Source: Eledone cirrhosa (Eukaryota). Taken from it: a stretch of DNA of 64,000 nt. This document shows, one piece after another, positions 16,462 through 28,955 of the stretch (position 1 is the stretch's first letter; every line of letters begins with the position of its first letter). The notes below the pieces were generated by a model that worked only from the letters and a program-made list of their open reading frames with translations, did not search any database and was not told the DNA's origin. Location of the stretch: assembly GCA_964016885.1 (NCBI GenBank), contig OZ024740.1:197160001-197224000 (forward strand), written 5' to 3'. Made by a program: the position numbers and the translations under genes.

Positions 16462-19400
16462 TGTGATGATATGATTTGTTTTATAGCATCACTTTCTTCT
16501 CTTTGATTTGATTCCTTTTTATTCTTATTCGTTGTATTCGTTCTGTTGTTGTTTGTTGTATTGTTGACCCATACTAATTTCTTCTCTTATTGACTCTTTC
16601 TATATTATTCTTAGATTGAATAAAAACCTTTGATTTGGTACAAAATAATACAATTTTATTCAATCATGGATCCGAAAATATTCAAGAAAATTCTTCCGGA
16701 TGATCCTAGTGAATCCGATTATGCCAACTGGAAGAGAATGTTGGCGATCTATTTGGAAAACTTGTCTGTTCCTGACGAAAGTAAGCTGTCAGTCCTTCTG
16801 GTTCTCTGCGGAGCCAATGCTTATACTCTCATTGAAGAAGCAACATCATTCGATGAGGCGTTATCCATTCTTGATAATAAATTTCAAAAGAAAGGCTCAG
16901 CAACAATGACCCCACATAAACTACGCAACCATTGTCAACAAGAAGGGCAATCATTGGAGGCCTACATGACTGAATTAAAAGCCCTGACAAAGAAATGCCC
17001 CACTAAATCCTTAACAGGGGAACAACATAGACAATTGCTGATTTGTGATACGTTCGTGTCGGGTGTTCAATCCACCACCATAAAACGACTTCTGGAATCA
17101 CCTGATGAAAATCTAGATAAAATATTCCAAACCGCTCTCACATTAGAACTGGCAATAGAAGATGCACAAAATCTGTCAACAACAACAATACCACTGCCGT
17201 CACAACCCGTATTCGCTGCTTCTTCATCAAAATGTTTCTGGTGTGATGGTTCATATCACCAAAAATCAGAGTGCCCTGCAAAAAATTCAACTTGCAATTT
17301 CTGCCACAAGAAAGGCCACTGGGCAACAGTATGTTTTGTTAAAAATAAGAACGTACTAAAGAAGATAAAACACGCAGCAGTCTTGAATAATAACGAGTGC
17401 CCCGATGAAGCCTATGATGGCAGTAATCTTGCTGCCTGTTATAAACTTGCTTCCGTGAATCATAATACAAACCTTTTAACAATTTATGTCAATTCACATA
17501 AAACAGAAGGTTTACTTGACACAGGCTCAGACAAGTCTTTCATTGACATGAACCTCTTGTCGAAATGGCAAAGTAAATTCAAGAAAACTAAGAATAAGTG
17601 TGTAATTTTAGCCGACAACAGTAAACTCATAATACGAGGTACATTTGAAACAACATTAGAATGGGAGGGCCGAGAATACCACATCGATCTAATGATGGTT
17701 GACAAACTCATTGCTCCAGTAGTTATGGGTCTTGATATACTTAAAAGGCATAAGTCTTTAACAATAAAATATGCGGGGGACATGAGACCAGTCACGATAT
17801 GTATGTCAATGGAAACTCTGAATTGTGAAGAATATGATTTAATGCCTGGTATCAATACTACAAAATTAAACTATTATCTATACCTCCTCGAAAATACTAT
17901 AAAGACCAGCAATTCATTAAAACGGAAATCGACAGAATGCTTAAAGCTGGAATAATTCAACAGAGCAGAAGCCCATGGAGAGCGCAGTGCTTCGTAATAG
18001 ATCAAGAAAACAAAAAACGTCTTGTCATAGACTACTCAGACACTATAAATCGTTACACATCATTAGATTCATACCCTAATGCCATAATCGAAGACCTACT
18101 CAACAAAATTTCAAAACACACGTATTTCTCGAAAATAGATCTAAAGGCGGCTTATCACCAAATACCCATCAAACCTTTCGACTTTAAGTTGACTGCATTC
18201 GAGGCCTGTGGCCGACTATACGAATTTACCCGTCATCCGTTTGGATGCACAAATGCCATTCCAATTTTCCAACGAATAATGGACACTTTCATAGACAATT
18301 ACAACTTACAAAATACCTATTCATACCTTGACGACATTATTATAGGAGGAGACAGTCGAAGAACATAACCATAACCTAAAGCAATTCATGAATGCAACTA
18401 ACAATGCAGGTATGCAATTGAATCGAGACAAATGCAGCTTTAATCAAAATAGAATACATTTCCTTGGACATGTCATAGAAAAAGGTAAATTAAGACCGGA
18501 CCCTGAAAGGTATAAAGCCCTTATTGACACGCCGTTCCCAAAGACGTTAAAAGAGTTGAACCGGGTAATCGGTCTTTTTGCATACTATGCTAAATGGATT
18601 AAGGGCTCTTCTAACCTCTCAGTCATTCTTACAAAGGCAAGAAACACCATTGATAAACAAGATCTATCAAACGAAGAAAAATCTACTATTAATAAGATGA
18701 AGGAAGAACTCATAAAGGCATCACTGTGTTCACCTGATTTCACTACACCATTTATAATCAAAACCAACGCATCAAATATTGCCATTGGCGGAACTCTATC
18801 ACAAAATGGTCGTCCAATTGATTTTCTTAGTAGAACCCTAAATAAGTCAGAAAGAGGACATTCCATCATCGAAAAGGAAGCTTGCGCAATTATAGAATGT
18901 TGTAGAAAATGGAGGCATATGATCAGCGCTGTTCCACATTGTAATATCATAACAGACCAACGATCGGTTGCATTTGCGTTCAACAAAATACACACTTCCA
19001 AGACTAAAAACGAGAAGGTAGCCCGCTGGCGACTGGAGTTAAGCGATCTTAACCTTACCTTCTCATATAGACCTGGTTCATTAAACCAAGCCGCAGATGC
19101 CCTATCGCGCTGCTGCTCTACTAAGACAGAACACGAATTATACAATATTCACTCACGTCTATGTCATCCGGGGGTCACCAGACTTCTACATTATTGTAAA
19201 TCAATGAACTTGGCATATCCTATTAATGAAAGAAGAGAAGTTATCGCCAATTGCAAAATATGCCGTGAATGTAAACCACCCAAAGAAAGATTAATACATG
19301 CCACAAGACCCCGGGAATGACTATTAATGGACTTTGTGGGTCCCATGGCTATCTCAAACGGTTTTCGATTTATATTGACTATAGTTGACGAGTACTCACA

Positions 19401-20458
19401 TTTTCCATTCGCCATTCCCTGTAAAGAGATAACAACGGATGTAGTAATTAAACATCTATTGGAGATATTCTCTATATTTGGAAAACCCAGTTTCATTCAT
19501 ACAGATAGGGGACGTCAATTTGAATCACAAAAACTCAAAGATTTCTTATGGAGTAATAACATTATAAAAAGCCACGCCACGCCATATCGACCCCAAGCCA
19601 ACGGCCAATGCGAAAGAGTTAACGGCACAATATGCACAGTGATAAGTCTGGCATTGAAGACAAATAGAAATGAATGGAGTACATGATTCCAATCGCTCTG
19701 TCGTCTATCCGAGGATTGCTTTGCACCGCTACAAACGCCATACCACATGAAAGAGTATTTTCATTCACCAGACCGACAAACAACGGCACAGAAATACCAG
19801 AGTTTCTAAAAAAAACGGGCACAATTGTGCTACATCGACGTCACATAAGGAATAAAGGTGATGATCTCACGGAAAACGTTCAACTCATCAAGACGATCTC
19901 ACCCCACTTTGCCAAAGTACAATTTAATAGTGGAAGAATAGACACAGTCTCAACCACAAATCTTGCACCAGCAGCATCACCACAAAACAATGGAATTCAA
20001 CAACATCGGGGTGTCAGAATAATAACTCCCCAAAAGGCGCTAATTTAACTCAACCAACAGCAATATCTACACCTGTGGCAGTTGGGAACGAAAGTATGAC
20101 ATCTACCGCCGATGACAATCCTACAGAGAGTGCTGAATTCGATGACAATGAATCTTCTGACACATTCTTAACCTCGAATAACATACCCCAACAACAAAGA
20201 ACACGCCGAGGACGCTTAGTAGTGAGGCCAATGCGATACAACAATTAACGCTAGAGGGAAAGAATGTGATGATATGATTTGTTTTATAGCATCACTTTCT
20301 TCTCTTTGATTTGATTCCTTTTTATTCTTATTCATTGCATTCGTTCTGTTCTTGTTTGTTGTATTGTTGACCCATACTAATTTCTTCTCTTATTGACTCT
20401 TTCTATATTATTCTTAGTTTGAATAAAAACCTTTGTTTTGGTACAAAATAATACAACA
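16462..20458 (+). mobile_element. Complete-structure Ty3/Gypsy (Mag-like) LTR retrotransposon, ~4.0 kb, with disabled ORFs
   Basis: LTRs at 16462-16653 and 20265-20458 differ by about 5 substitutions. PPT agagggaaagaa at 20253-20264. AGAGC duplicated at 16457-16461 and 20459-20463. Domain order is gag (two CCHC knuckles), PR, RT, RH, IN. Confidence 0.95.
16666..20248 (+). pseudogene. gag-pol polyprotein of the Gypsy element, broken by frameshifts and stops
   Basis: ATG at 16666. CFWCDGSYHQKSEC and CNFCHKKGHWATVC knuckles; LLDTGS protease; KIDLKAAYHQI and YLDD RT; EKEACAI and ADALSR RNase H; HPG..C..C, DFVGP, HTDRGRQF and NGQCER integrase. Split over ORFs 16630, 17937, 18388, 19327 and 19674. 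Confidence 0.9.
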
Positions 20459-21209
20459 AGAGCTATTCATTATCAGCTCCTGGAAACTCCAGGGCCAACT
20501 GCCATTAAATACACTGGTGGCCAGCATACATGATCAACTGCTTATGTTGAGTCTCCGGACAAAGATACCAAATTGACACATGAGTAGAAGTCAGCATCAT
20601 ATATATATATAAATGTAAATAGCTATAAGAGCAAAGGTGATGCTCTTGAAAGGAGCAACTATACAGGCATCAAACTAATAAAGACCCAAGACTTCTGAGT
20701 GAAAGAAAGATTTGGTAGAGGCAGTCCAAGGAACACTTGGGAAGAAGTGGTGAAAGGAAATCTCAGGATGATGAACCTCACTACAATGACAAAAGAAAGT
20801 GACAAACAAATGGATGTTGTGCTGGAGAAGACTCATCTAACTCATGGGTGTGTTTATGATGTAAACCACCAACACTAGAGAGGTTGTCATGCTGTGATAC
20901 AACTGAGGGATCCTCCAAACAATTTTGTAGGCAAAAGCAGAGTACCCCTCCTGTTGCCAACCATTTTACAGGGTGTACCAGGTGCATTTTTGTGGCACCA
21001 ATGCTCGAGACGTTGTTGGTCCTTGTCCCAACAGAAGAACCTTCTCTGCTCTGTTAGGATGGGAGCAATAGAAGGGAGTTAAGTATTAGGTTGTGGCAAG
21101 TGTGGTGTTATTTGACAGAGTGATGAGTGAAGAAGTGGAAGGAGTGGCTTTAGATAGCATAGGGGGAGGGGATATGAACGTAAGCCATGTGCCTCCATAG
21201 GAAATCCAT

Positions 21210-21472
21210 GGAAATCAAAAAGGTGCTCAGGGTTGTTATTGGCAAGATGGTTAATAATTTTGTGGTTGTTTACCAAGTTAGTTGCCAGACATCAGAGCTT
21301 CAATGTATCCATGCCCAGGGAAGCAAGGCGTTCAGAGTATGATAGATGCCTGATGGAGGGTATTTGCTTGGTTGCACATCTCTGAACAGTTTCCAGGAGG
21401 TCAGTGTTATGAGCAAGATAAGGGTTCCAGACTGGTGATGCAAATTCTAAGTTTGGCCGCACCATAGCTATA
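21210..21472 (-). mobile_element. CR1 RT C-terminal fragment (older copy)
   Basis: Reverse complement aligns to 2050-2310 (gctatggtgcggccaaacttagaatttgcatcacc...). Confidence 0.8.
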
Positions 21473-21815
21473 TCATCATTTCATCATTTCATTTTACGTC
21501 CGCTTTTCCCTGCTTGCAAGGGTGGGATGGGAACTGATTCTGGCTTGATTTCTACAGCTGGATGCCCTTCCTAACACCAACCTCATTTACAGTGAGTGCT
21601 GGGTGCTTTTTTGCCGTGGCACCTCCACGGCCACTTCACAGTGGAATGATATGGACCCCAGTCCCTATCATCTCATTTCTACAGCTGAGTAAACTGGAGC
21701 AATGTGAAATAAAGTGTCTCGCTCAAGGAAACAACACATCACCTGGTCCGAGAATTGAACTCACAACCTTTTGATTGCAAGGCCAATGCTCTAACCACTA
21801 AGCCATGTGCCTCCA
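21473..21815 (-). mobile_element. tRNA-derived SINE, family B, with RTE-type 3' tail
   Basis: Near-identical reverse complement of 59417-59760. Pol III A/B-box-like tggcttagtggtt and gagttcaattc. Confidence 0.88.
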
Positions 21816-22653
21816 TGTAAAGACAGAAATTCTAAATATTTCCTCTATTTTGAATTTTTTCATTTACTATATCATCATCATCATCATCGCTAGCATGAGT
21901 TATGCTTAAATATAAACTGAGGAATATGTGACCAAAAAATAGATGGTAAAATGGGGTGGGTGGGTGGGTGGTTTATATATGCCATCTAAACAATGTGTTG
22001 ATTTGCAGCCTTGGCTTATAAATGGGGATTGGATTTTTGCCCATTTCTCAAATATAAAATGGGGTCAGCTTATATTCAAGTATATACGGTATGTTCCTAA
22101 TATGTATTTTAGTTATTCATGACACTTAGTTATTTCATCCTATACAATTATGCAATAGATAAGGTCATCTGTTTGACCTTTCCTACTGAGAGGTTTCACT
22201 GTTGAGTTTTTCTCAGAAAATCTAGCCATGCTTCCTAATGGCTAGTTGAACTGAAGTAATGTAGAATAGGTGTTCTACTTTAAACACAACAAATGCCTGA
22301 AGCAGAATTGAACTCAGCTCTATAAAGTGGTAGTACAATATTTTATCCACTCATCCATATTAACACTATAAAGCAAATATGGATGAAATGATAAAGGTCA
22401 TTTAAAAATGTAAAAATCTGCAATGAACAAAATATGATACAAGAAAACTTGTAGAATAAGTTGGTGGCATTAAAGTTAACCTCTGAATTAACCAGGAAGT
22501 GCTATAAGATATCCCTAAAGACAATGATAATATTATTTCTATAAACTGATGCAAAAGGGATATACTGGAAAGGGACAATTACAGAAGGCCCAAAATAATG
22601 AGATAAGTTTTGAAATAGTTCAAATTGTGAATTCAATGGTAAAACTTACTTAA

Positions 22654-22859
22654 CCCTTTAGCATTTAAACCGGCTATATCTGGCCAGAATTCTCTCACCT
22701 CTTTCTGTTCAAACCAGCTGTAACCAGCTGCCCATACTTATGTTAAGGTATTGTTCTCAAAATAAATAATATCAAAATCACATAGATTTGATAAATTGAG
22801 ATAAAGTGTTTACCATGAAAATACAATAGTAAATATAGAGTAATGTAAATGCTAAAGGG
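22654..22859. mobile_element. piggyBac-like MITE family A (~190-225 bp); further copies at 1-83 (partial), 23284-23460, 24445-24661, 33652-33838, 38618-38842, 52796-53001 and 59763-59973
   Basis: TTAA|CCCTTTAGCATTTA ... TAAATGCTAAAGGG|TTAA, i.e. terminal inverted repeats with TTAA target sites. Shared internal sequence gttaaggtattgttctcaaaataaat. Confidence 0.9.
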
Positions 22860-23619
22860 TTAAATCCCCACCTTTCATTTGGTTATCGTGACCACAAGCT
22901 GCAAATTCTAAGACTTCCGCTAACAAGTACAGAACAGATGAGGGGCATTGTGATCTGTGACAGATTGTTATGCCTTGAATGTCAATTGTCAATTCTTTTT
23001 TTCTGACATACTTTGTTGATAATTGAATACCTATCTCTATTCCATAACAACAACCACTTCTACCATTACAGCTGCTACAAAACCACCAAACCATGACCTC
23101 ACAGCTAAGCCTATTACATTTAACAACATTTACAGAGAATTAAACTACTAACACAGTTTTCAATGTGGGTTATTTGTTTCAAAAGAATGAAGTAGTCAAC
23201 ATAGTTTAAATTAACAGTTGTCCACCTATATAATTTTTGTTGTTTTCTTTTGTTTAAAGTTTTGTAAGAAAGTGGTGGATTAATCCTTTAGCGTTTACAT
23301 TACTCTATATATACTTTTGTATTTTCATGGTAAAGGCTTTACCTCACATAATATCGAAGCTACAAGATTTTGATGTTATTTATTTTGAGAACAATACCTT
23401 AACATTGGCATGAGTGGCTGGTTATGGCTGATTTGAACGGCTGGTTTAAATGCTAAAGGGTTAAGTTTAAAAGGTGCAGCATTACTAGTCAAAGGGTTAC
23501 CATATTTGGTTAACATTTTGGTACCATATTTATAATATTTATAACTCACATTTATAATGAATGATTTGAAGGAAGTTACTTAAACTATTAATTATTTCAT
23601 TATTAAGATGGTATTTGAA

Positions 23620-23837
23620 GGGCGGTGGATTGGCAGTATCGGTAGAGCGTCAGACACCCTGCTTTGCGGCATAGAGTTACTGCCCTTTATGTTCTGAATT
23701 CAAATCCTGGTGAGGTTAGCTTTACTTTTCATCCTTATGGGGTCGATAAAATAAAGTGCCAGTCCCGCACTGGGGTTGATTTAATCGACTTTCCCCTCCT
23801 CCAAAATTGCTGGCCTTGTGCCTAAATCAGAAACCAC
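23620..23837 (+). mobile_element. Full-length tRNA-derived SINE, family A, with target-site duplication
   Basis: tggcagtatcggtagagc (A box) and gaattcaaatcc (B box). Flanking tattaagatggtatttg at 23601-23617 and 23838-23854. Confidence 0.88.
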
Positions 23838-24019
23838 TATTAAGATGGTATTTGTAACTTAATCATAACTTAACCAAAGGTTCTTATATCAAATAATGTT
23901 GGAAGGTTTTAATTTAAACAGAAATCCTTTGACATGGGTAATTATGTTTCATAGGACTGTGGACAGTTTCAAGTGGTTTGGTATCAAAAGGGTTAATGGC
24001 TTGCATTTGATAATAGTTG

Positions 24020-24375
24020 ATAATGAAAATTATTGTGTACAGTGCTCAGGTGCACTACAACTCCTCAAAGGTGTATGTATAGTACATAGAATAATGTACA
24101 AATGTCAGGAAAATGAACAGTGTATGAGTCATGATATACACACAGCTACATGCATGCGTGTTTATGGAAGGGGAATATCAGATGTAGTGTTGGTGAATTT
24201 CAGGAAGCATGGAAGTTTTGAAGGATGCAGTGTTCCGACAGCTAACAACGGATACAGGTAGTTTGTTCCATGCTTCAGCAATTTTGAGCATGAAAAAAAT
24301 GTTTCCAAAATCATAGGTGTTAGACCCTTGGAATTCCAAATGGTGTTGAGGGTTGTTGTTGGCAAAATGGTTAAT
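24020..24375 (-). mobile_element. CR1 3' fragment with a single 3' UTR unit
   Basis: Reverse complement matches the ORF2 end plus one tail unit ending gtagtgcacctgagcactgtacacaataatttc. A similar tail lies at 54710-54850. Confidence 0.82.
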
Positions 24376-26220
24376 TCGAGACTGAAGGGGGTCTTTACCC
24401 TTTACCTTTTTTGTATATTTACGTGCAATTATATAGTGCTTTAACCCTTTAGCATTTACATTACTCCATATTTACTATTGTATTTTCACGGTAAAGGTTT
24501 TACTTCACATAATTATCTCACATAATATCGAATCTGAGATTTTGATATTATTTATTTTGAGAACAATACCTTAACATCAGTATGAGTGGCCAGTTATGGC
24601 CAGTTTGAACAGAAAGGTGAGAGAATTTTGGCCGGATACGGCTGGTTTAAATGCTAAAGGGTTAAAAACAAATGGAACAAAAGAATATGTATGTAGATAC
24701 TGCTTCTCTGTCTTACCATTGGTGCTATCTGTTGAGTGTTGGTTAATTATCTTGTTAGAACAGAATGATAACGTCATGACTGACTTGATGCCAACAAGAT
24801 ACAATATGTAACACATGTCTCATGAAAGTGGACAAATTAGTTCATACATGTGATCTGCATGTGTTCTACTGAAGGTAAGATTTCATTTTATATATACTAT
24901 CATTATTGTCATCACCACCATTTAAAGTCAGTTCTTCCATGCTGGCATGAGTTGGACAGATTCTCAAAAACTAAGTCAATACTTAATCAGAGCTAATATC
25001 CTCCCAGATGACCAAGGGCTACGTCTTGCTTACATACTCTCTGGTTTTGAGAGGGTTTCTATAGGTTAACACCGTTTCAGGGTATACTGGTTTTTTTTTT
25101 TTATCATGACACCAACACTAGAGATGTTGTATCCTTTTCATACATATTGATGTTAATTCTCTAGTTTCCTTCCTTTATAATTTTGCAAATGGCACCAAAG
25201 AAAATTTCAGCAGAGAGCATCATGATAACTCTATGCAGAAGAAAAGGAAAAGTATTTTGAACTTTTTCACAAGTATCATAATCCCATAGTCCTGGTGGCC
25301 ATATTAAGTCCTTTTGAACTCCTAAGCACTTAAAATATTATTGTGCCCCTACCCCCATATATTGTATATTTGTATGGAACTGTAACTGATGGAGCTGTCG
25401 CAGGGTGCCATAGCGGTATACAGCATGTCATGAGCATTTTAAACCTGGTGAAGACCATCTCTCTAGGTCTGAATGCAGCTGATATCGTCCAGAGAAAGAG
25501 AGAGAATGATAGAAAGGAAGTGAGAAAGAGATTTAGAGGAAACTAAGTCCCAGTTATGGACTGATACTTTTTTTTATCAACCTCAAAAAGATGAAAGGCA
25601 ACATTGACATCAGTGAGTTTTGAACTTTGAGCACAGAGAGCTGGAATAAGTACAGTAAAGCATTCTATTTGACATTCTAATGACTGCCAACTTGCCACCT
25701 CCCCATATATAAAATCTGAAAAAATAAATATATAAATTTTTTGAATAAAAATGGTGCCTCTCTTCCCTTGATACCATAAGTATGTTCTTGTTTTGCTAAA
25801 TGGTTGATCCAACCCTGTTCACCAGGAGCCAAGAACTCAACAGTGTGTGAAGAAACAGACCCGATGAATTCAACCATGGTGCATTCATTTTGATAGTGTA
25901 TCTGTGACAGTCAATAAATAAGAAGCAGGTGATAAAATTAAACACCTGGAGATGTTCCTGCCAGACATATGGAAAATGTTTGCATTGAAATATTCAAGAT
26001 TGAGTGAGGAACCATTGGTTAGTGACATAGGAGAACGGGTTTCTGATAGATCTAGCTCTATGGAAAACTGAACTAGTAAGCACTGACCGATGAGAGAAAA
26101 GGTGCAAGGTAATAATTAAATAGATGTTTGTTTACAATTGTTTACACCAGCATTGAGAAATTGAAAGACCATTAGACTAGTAGTGTCAGAGTGAGAGAGA
26201 TTGGTATCTTTGAGATAGAC

Positions 26221-26260
<40 letters not shown>

Positions 26261-28955
26261 CAGAGGTGAGCTCTAGGAAAGATTGAGGTAGTGAAAGGAT
26301 TATGGATAGGATTGGAGCGATAGCGATATTTTCCCACTTGTTCACAGAGTGTGAGTGTGGTGATGAGACAGGTGGGTCGAGAAAGAGGGTTCGGGAGAGG
26401 TATTCTTGTATGTACATCCAATGTAGAGCTATACAATGAATAACAAATACAGTGGCTTTATCTGCAAGAACAATAGTTACGAAGATATCTTAGTTGTTTG
26501 AGGAGTGGTGAGTTAAAATACTTTTGGCATCTTAGTGGAGAGCAAAAAATAACAGTATTTATGGTACTTCACATTTAAACAATAGAAAAATATTTATGAA
26601 ACATACAATCTTAATGATTTATCTGTTGTGGTTCAATGCTTACAATTTAAACTCTCTGCATGGGAAGGAGAGTGGGTATAGAGGTAAAGACTTTCTAAAT
26701 ACAAGCTTGACATTGCATTTTTACCTCGCTCTCTCTCACTATATATGTCAACTGATTAATAAAACTGAAGGAAACTCAACCAGTGTGGGTATTTTGAATG
26801 ACAGCATGTCACTCCCACTTCCAAAGTGCAACATTATCTGTTTCAACACCCAATTTCACATCAAGATTTGTGCAAACCAAATACAAAAACGAAATAGTAA
26901 TAAAAATTACCTGAAAAAAATTGCTTGTCATTACCATGACATATATGGTCCTATCTGATTAAAATTACTGATATTGCAATTTTTTTTTTCACTAAAAAAT
27001 ATTAAAGCTTTCAATATATTGTCCATATTTTCATGAGACAACACTGTCCCTATCACCTAGTTATTATTTAATAATCCGAATTGACCAGAAATGTTTTTAA
27101 ATAACTGTCTTCATTTGATTCTTTCTTTTAGCTTTTTGCTTGTATTCAGGAAAGAAAGAACTGTCATTCTGTGATGAGTTGGAAGGCCTGCCTTAGCATG
27201 ATGCCATCAATCCATGTCTTCCTTGGATGGCCTTTGGCCTTGTGGCCAGACATCTTTGTGTTATACACACGATAAGCTGCTTGGTAGGTTGACATTCTCA
27301 TGATGTATCCAAACCATTATACTTTGTTGCTTTATGTGATAATGGATTAGTGTCATCTTTCACCATTTACCTGATCCTATCTCATCCAGTTTTGCTGACA
27401 GTGTATATTGTAGGTTGTAATTTTGCATTCTTGAGGCTTCATCACGGTCCAAGTTGGACGCTGGTACATGGCTAAAGAACAATCCTGGAAGAAATATGGA
27501 GAGGAGCTACCATATCTACTAGAGTATAAGCTGAGGAATATGACAAAAAAAAAAAGCAATGGGTGGTGGGGTGGCTTATATTTGGGGTCAATATTTTGAC
27601 AATTCTGTACCAATTTCAAATTATAGGTAAATAAGGTGCTAAAATATCTGGAGTGATGTTGAAGGGCATCCAGCTGTAGAAACCAAGCCAAAATCAGTTC
27701 TGTGTGAGCAAATTCACGGTCCTCCAACCTGATCCTTTGCAAAGGGACAGCCCATCCTACCCATGCTAGCATGGAAAATGGACGTTAAATGATGATGATG
27801 ATGGTGAAACAGTTTTTCTATATTTACTATATTGTCATGAGTTTTATTTATGCATTGCCTTAAGAACATTCCCAACAAATTTTTATTATTTGAACTTTTT
27901 AACACATAAATACCCCCTAAACACATGTATACTGACTGTTTTTCTCTGTGACTTAATTATACTTTTTCTTGCTCTGCTTCTCCATTCCCAATGCAGAATC
28001 CTTTTTGAGGGAACCCTAAAGTCTAATACTGTTATATGGTCGTAATATAAATATACTCTTCTACTTTTTTCACGGAACCCCAGACACTCCTTTGTGTAAC
28101 CCTTGGGTTCCATAGAACCCAATGCTCTAAATGACACTTAAAATATTTTAAATATCAAAATGTAAAAACTTCATAAATATTTTCTCCACTCATGAGAATT
28201 TTAAAATTACCCCATAATGTGGTATTGATTAGCTGCCTCAGCTTATAAATTGGGTTTGGATTTTTCCTCATTCCTCAGAGATAAAATGGGGGAAGGGGGC
28301 AACTTATATTCGAGTATATGCAATAAATGAACTGTGCAGACACTCACCTCAAAAGATTTTACAAGAATGTTAAAGCCATGAAACTGAAAGAAGATCCATG
28401 GACGGGGAAAAAGGGAAAAAAAACAAACAAATCACATCCCTTAGGGATCGCAGTAAGTACTTCACAAAACATATAAACAACAATATACACACAGATTTAT
28501 ATACAGATATATACCATATGCATATACACACACGTGAAAAGAAACCACACTATTTCGTGTGAGACACTATACCGGCCAATCTTACGTACATTGGTAAAAT
28601 ATCTCTGAACATTGACTTCGCTTCTAACCCACATACACCTTTTAATTATATATATATACTAGCAGCTGAAAGTTAATAATTTGAAAAATATTATTGAAAG
28701 TTTATTATAAAGAAGCAGTATCAGGAAAAAAAAACGTTATTTCGCTGTTAATAAACTGTTGCCTTCTGCAGTACGTTTCATTTAACTTACGCAGCATATT
28801 TATTTGTTTACATGCACAGACTCTTCTGTACACACACACACACACAACATTTAGGAAAACGAAAACAAAATACACAAAAAAAAAACAGACATTTTATTTC
28901 TATCGTAATCAAGTGCGCTAAACCTATATTGTTTACATTCTGTGTTTTTCTACGG

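Larger units (their letters stand above)
15810..20600 (+). mobile_element. Decayed CsRn1-like Ty3/Gypsy remnant (PBS, gag, start of protease), interrupted by the element at 16462-20458
   Basis: PBS TGGTGACCCTG at 15810. Gag VAFKLPHFWPK*TEVWFAQSEVQF. CHCC-type knuckle remnant YH*KFGVRATRCKQPCSF ends just before the insertion. After 20463 come GGAAAC and a protease-like SGQRYQIDT*VEVSI. Confidence 0.7.

Noticed and set aside
22852-23094. Cys-containing 80 aa ORF
   Set aside because: No motif, it ends inside a MITE TIR, and its length is within chance expectation.
25677-25910. Minus-strand ORF MVEFIGSVSSH... as a coding exon
   Set aside because: No recognisable homology in any frame and no convincing downstream donor.
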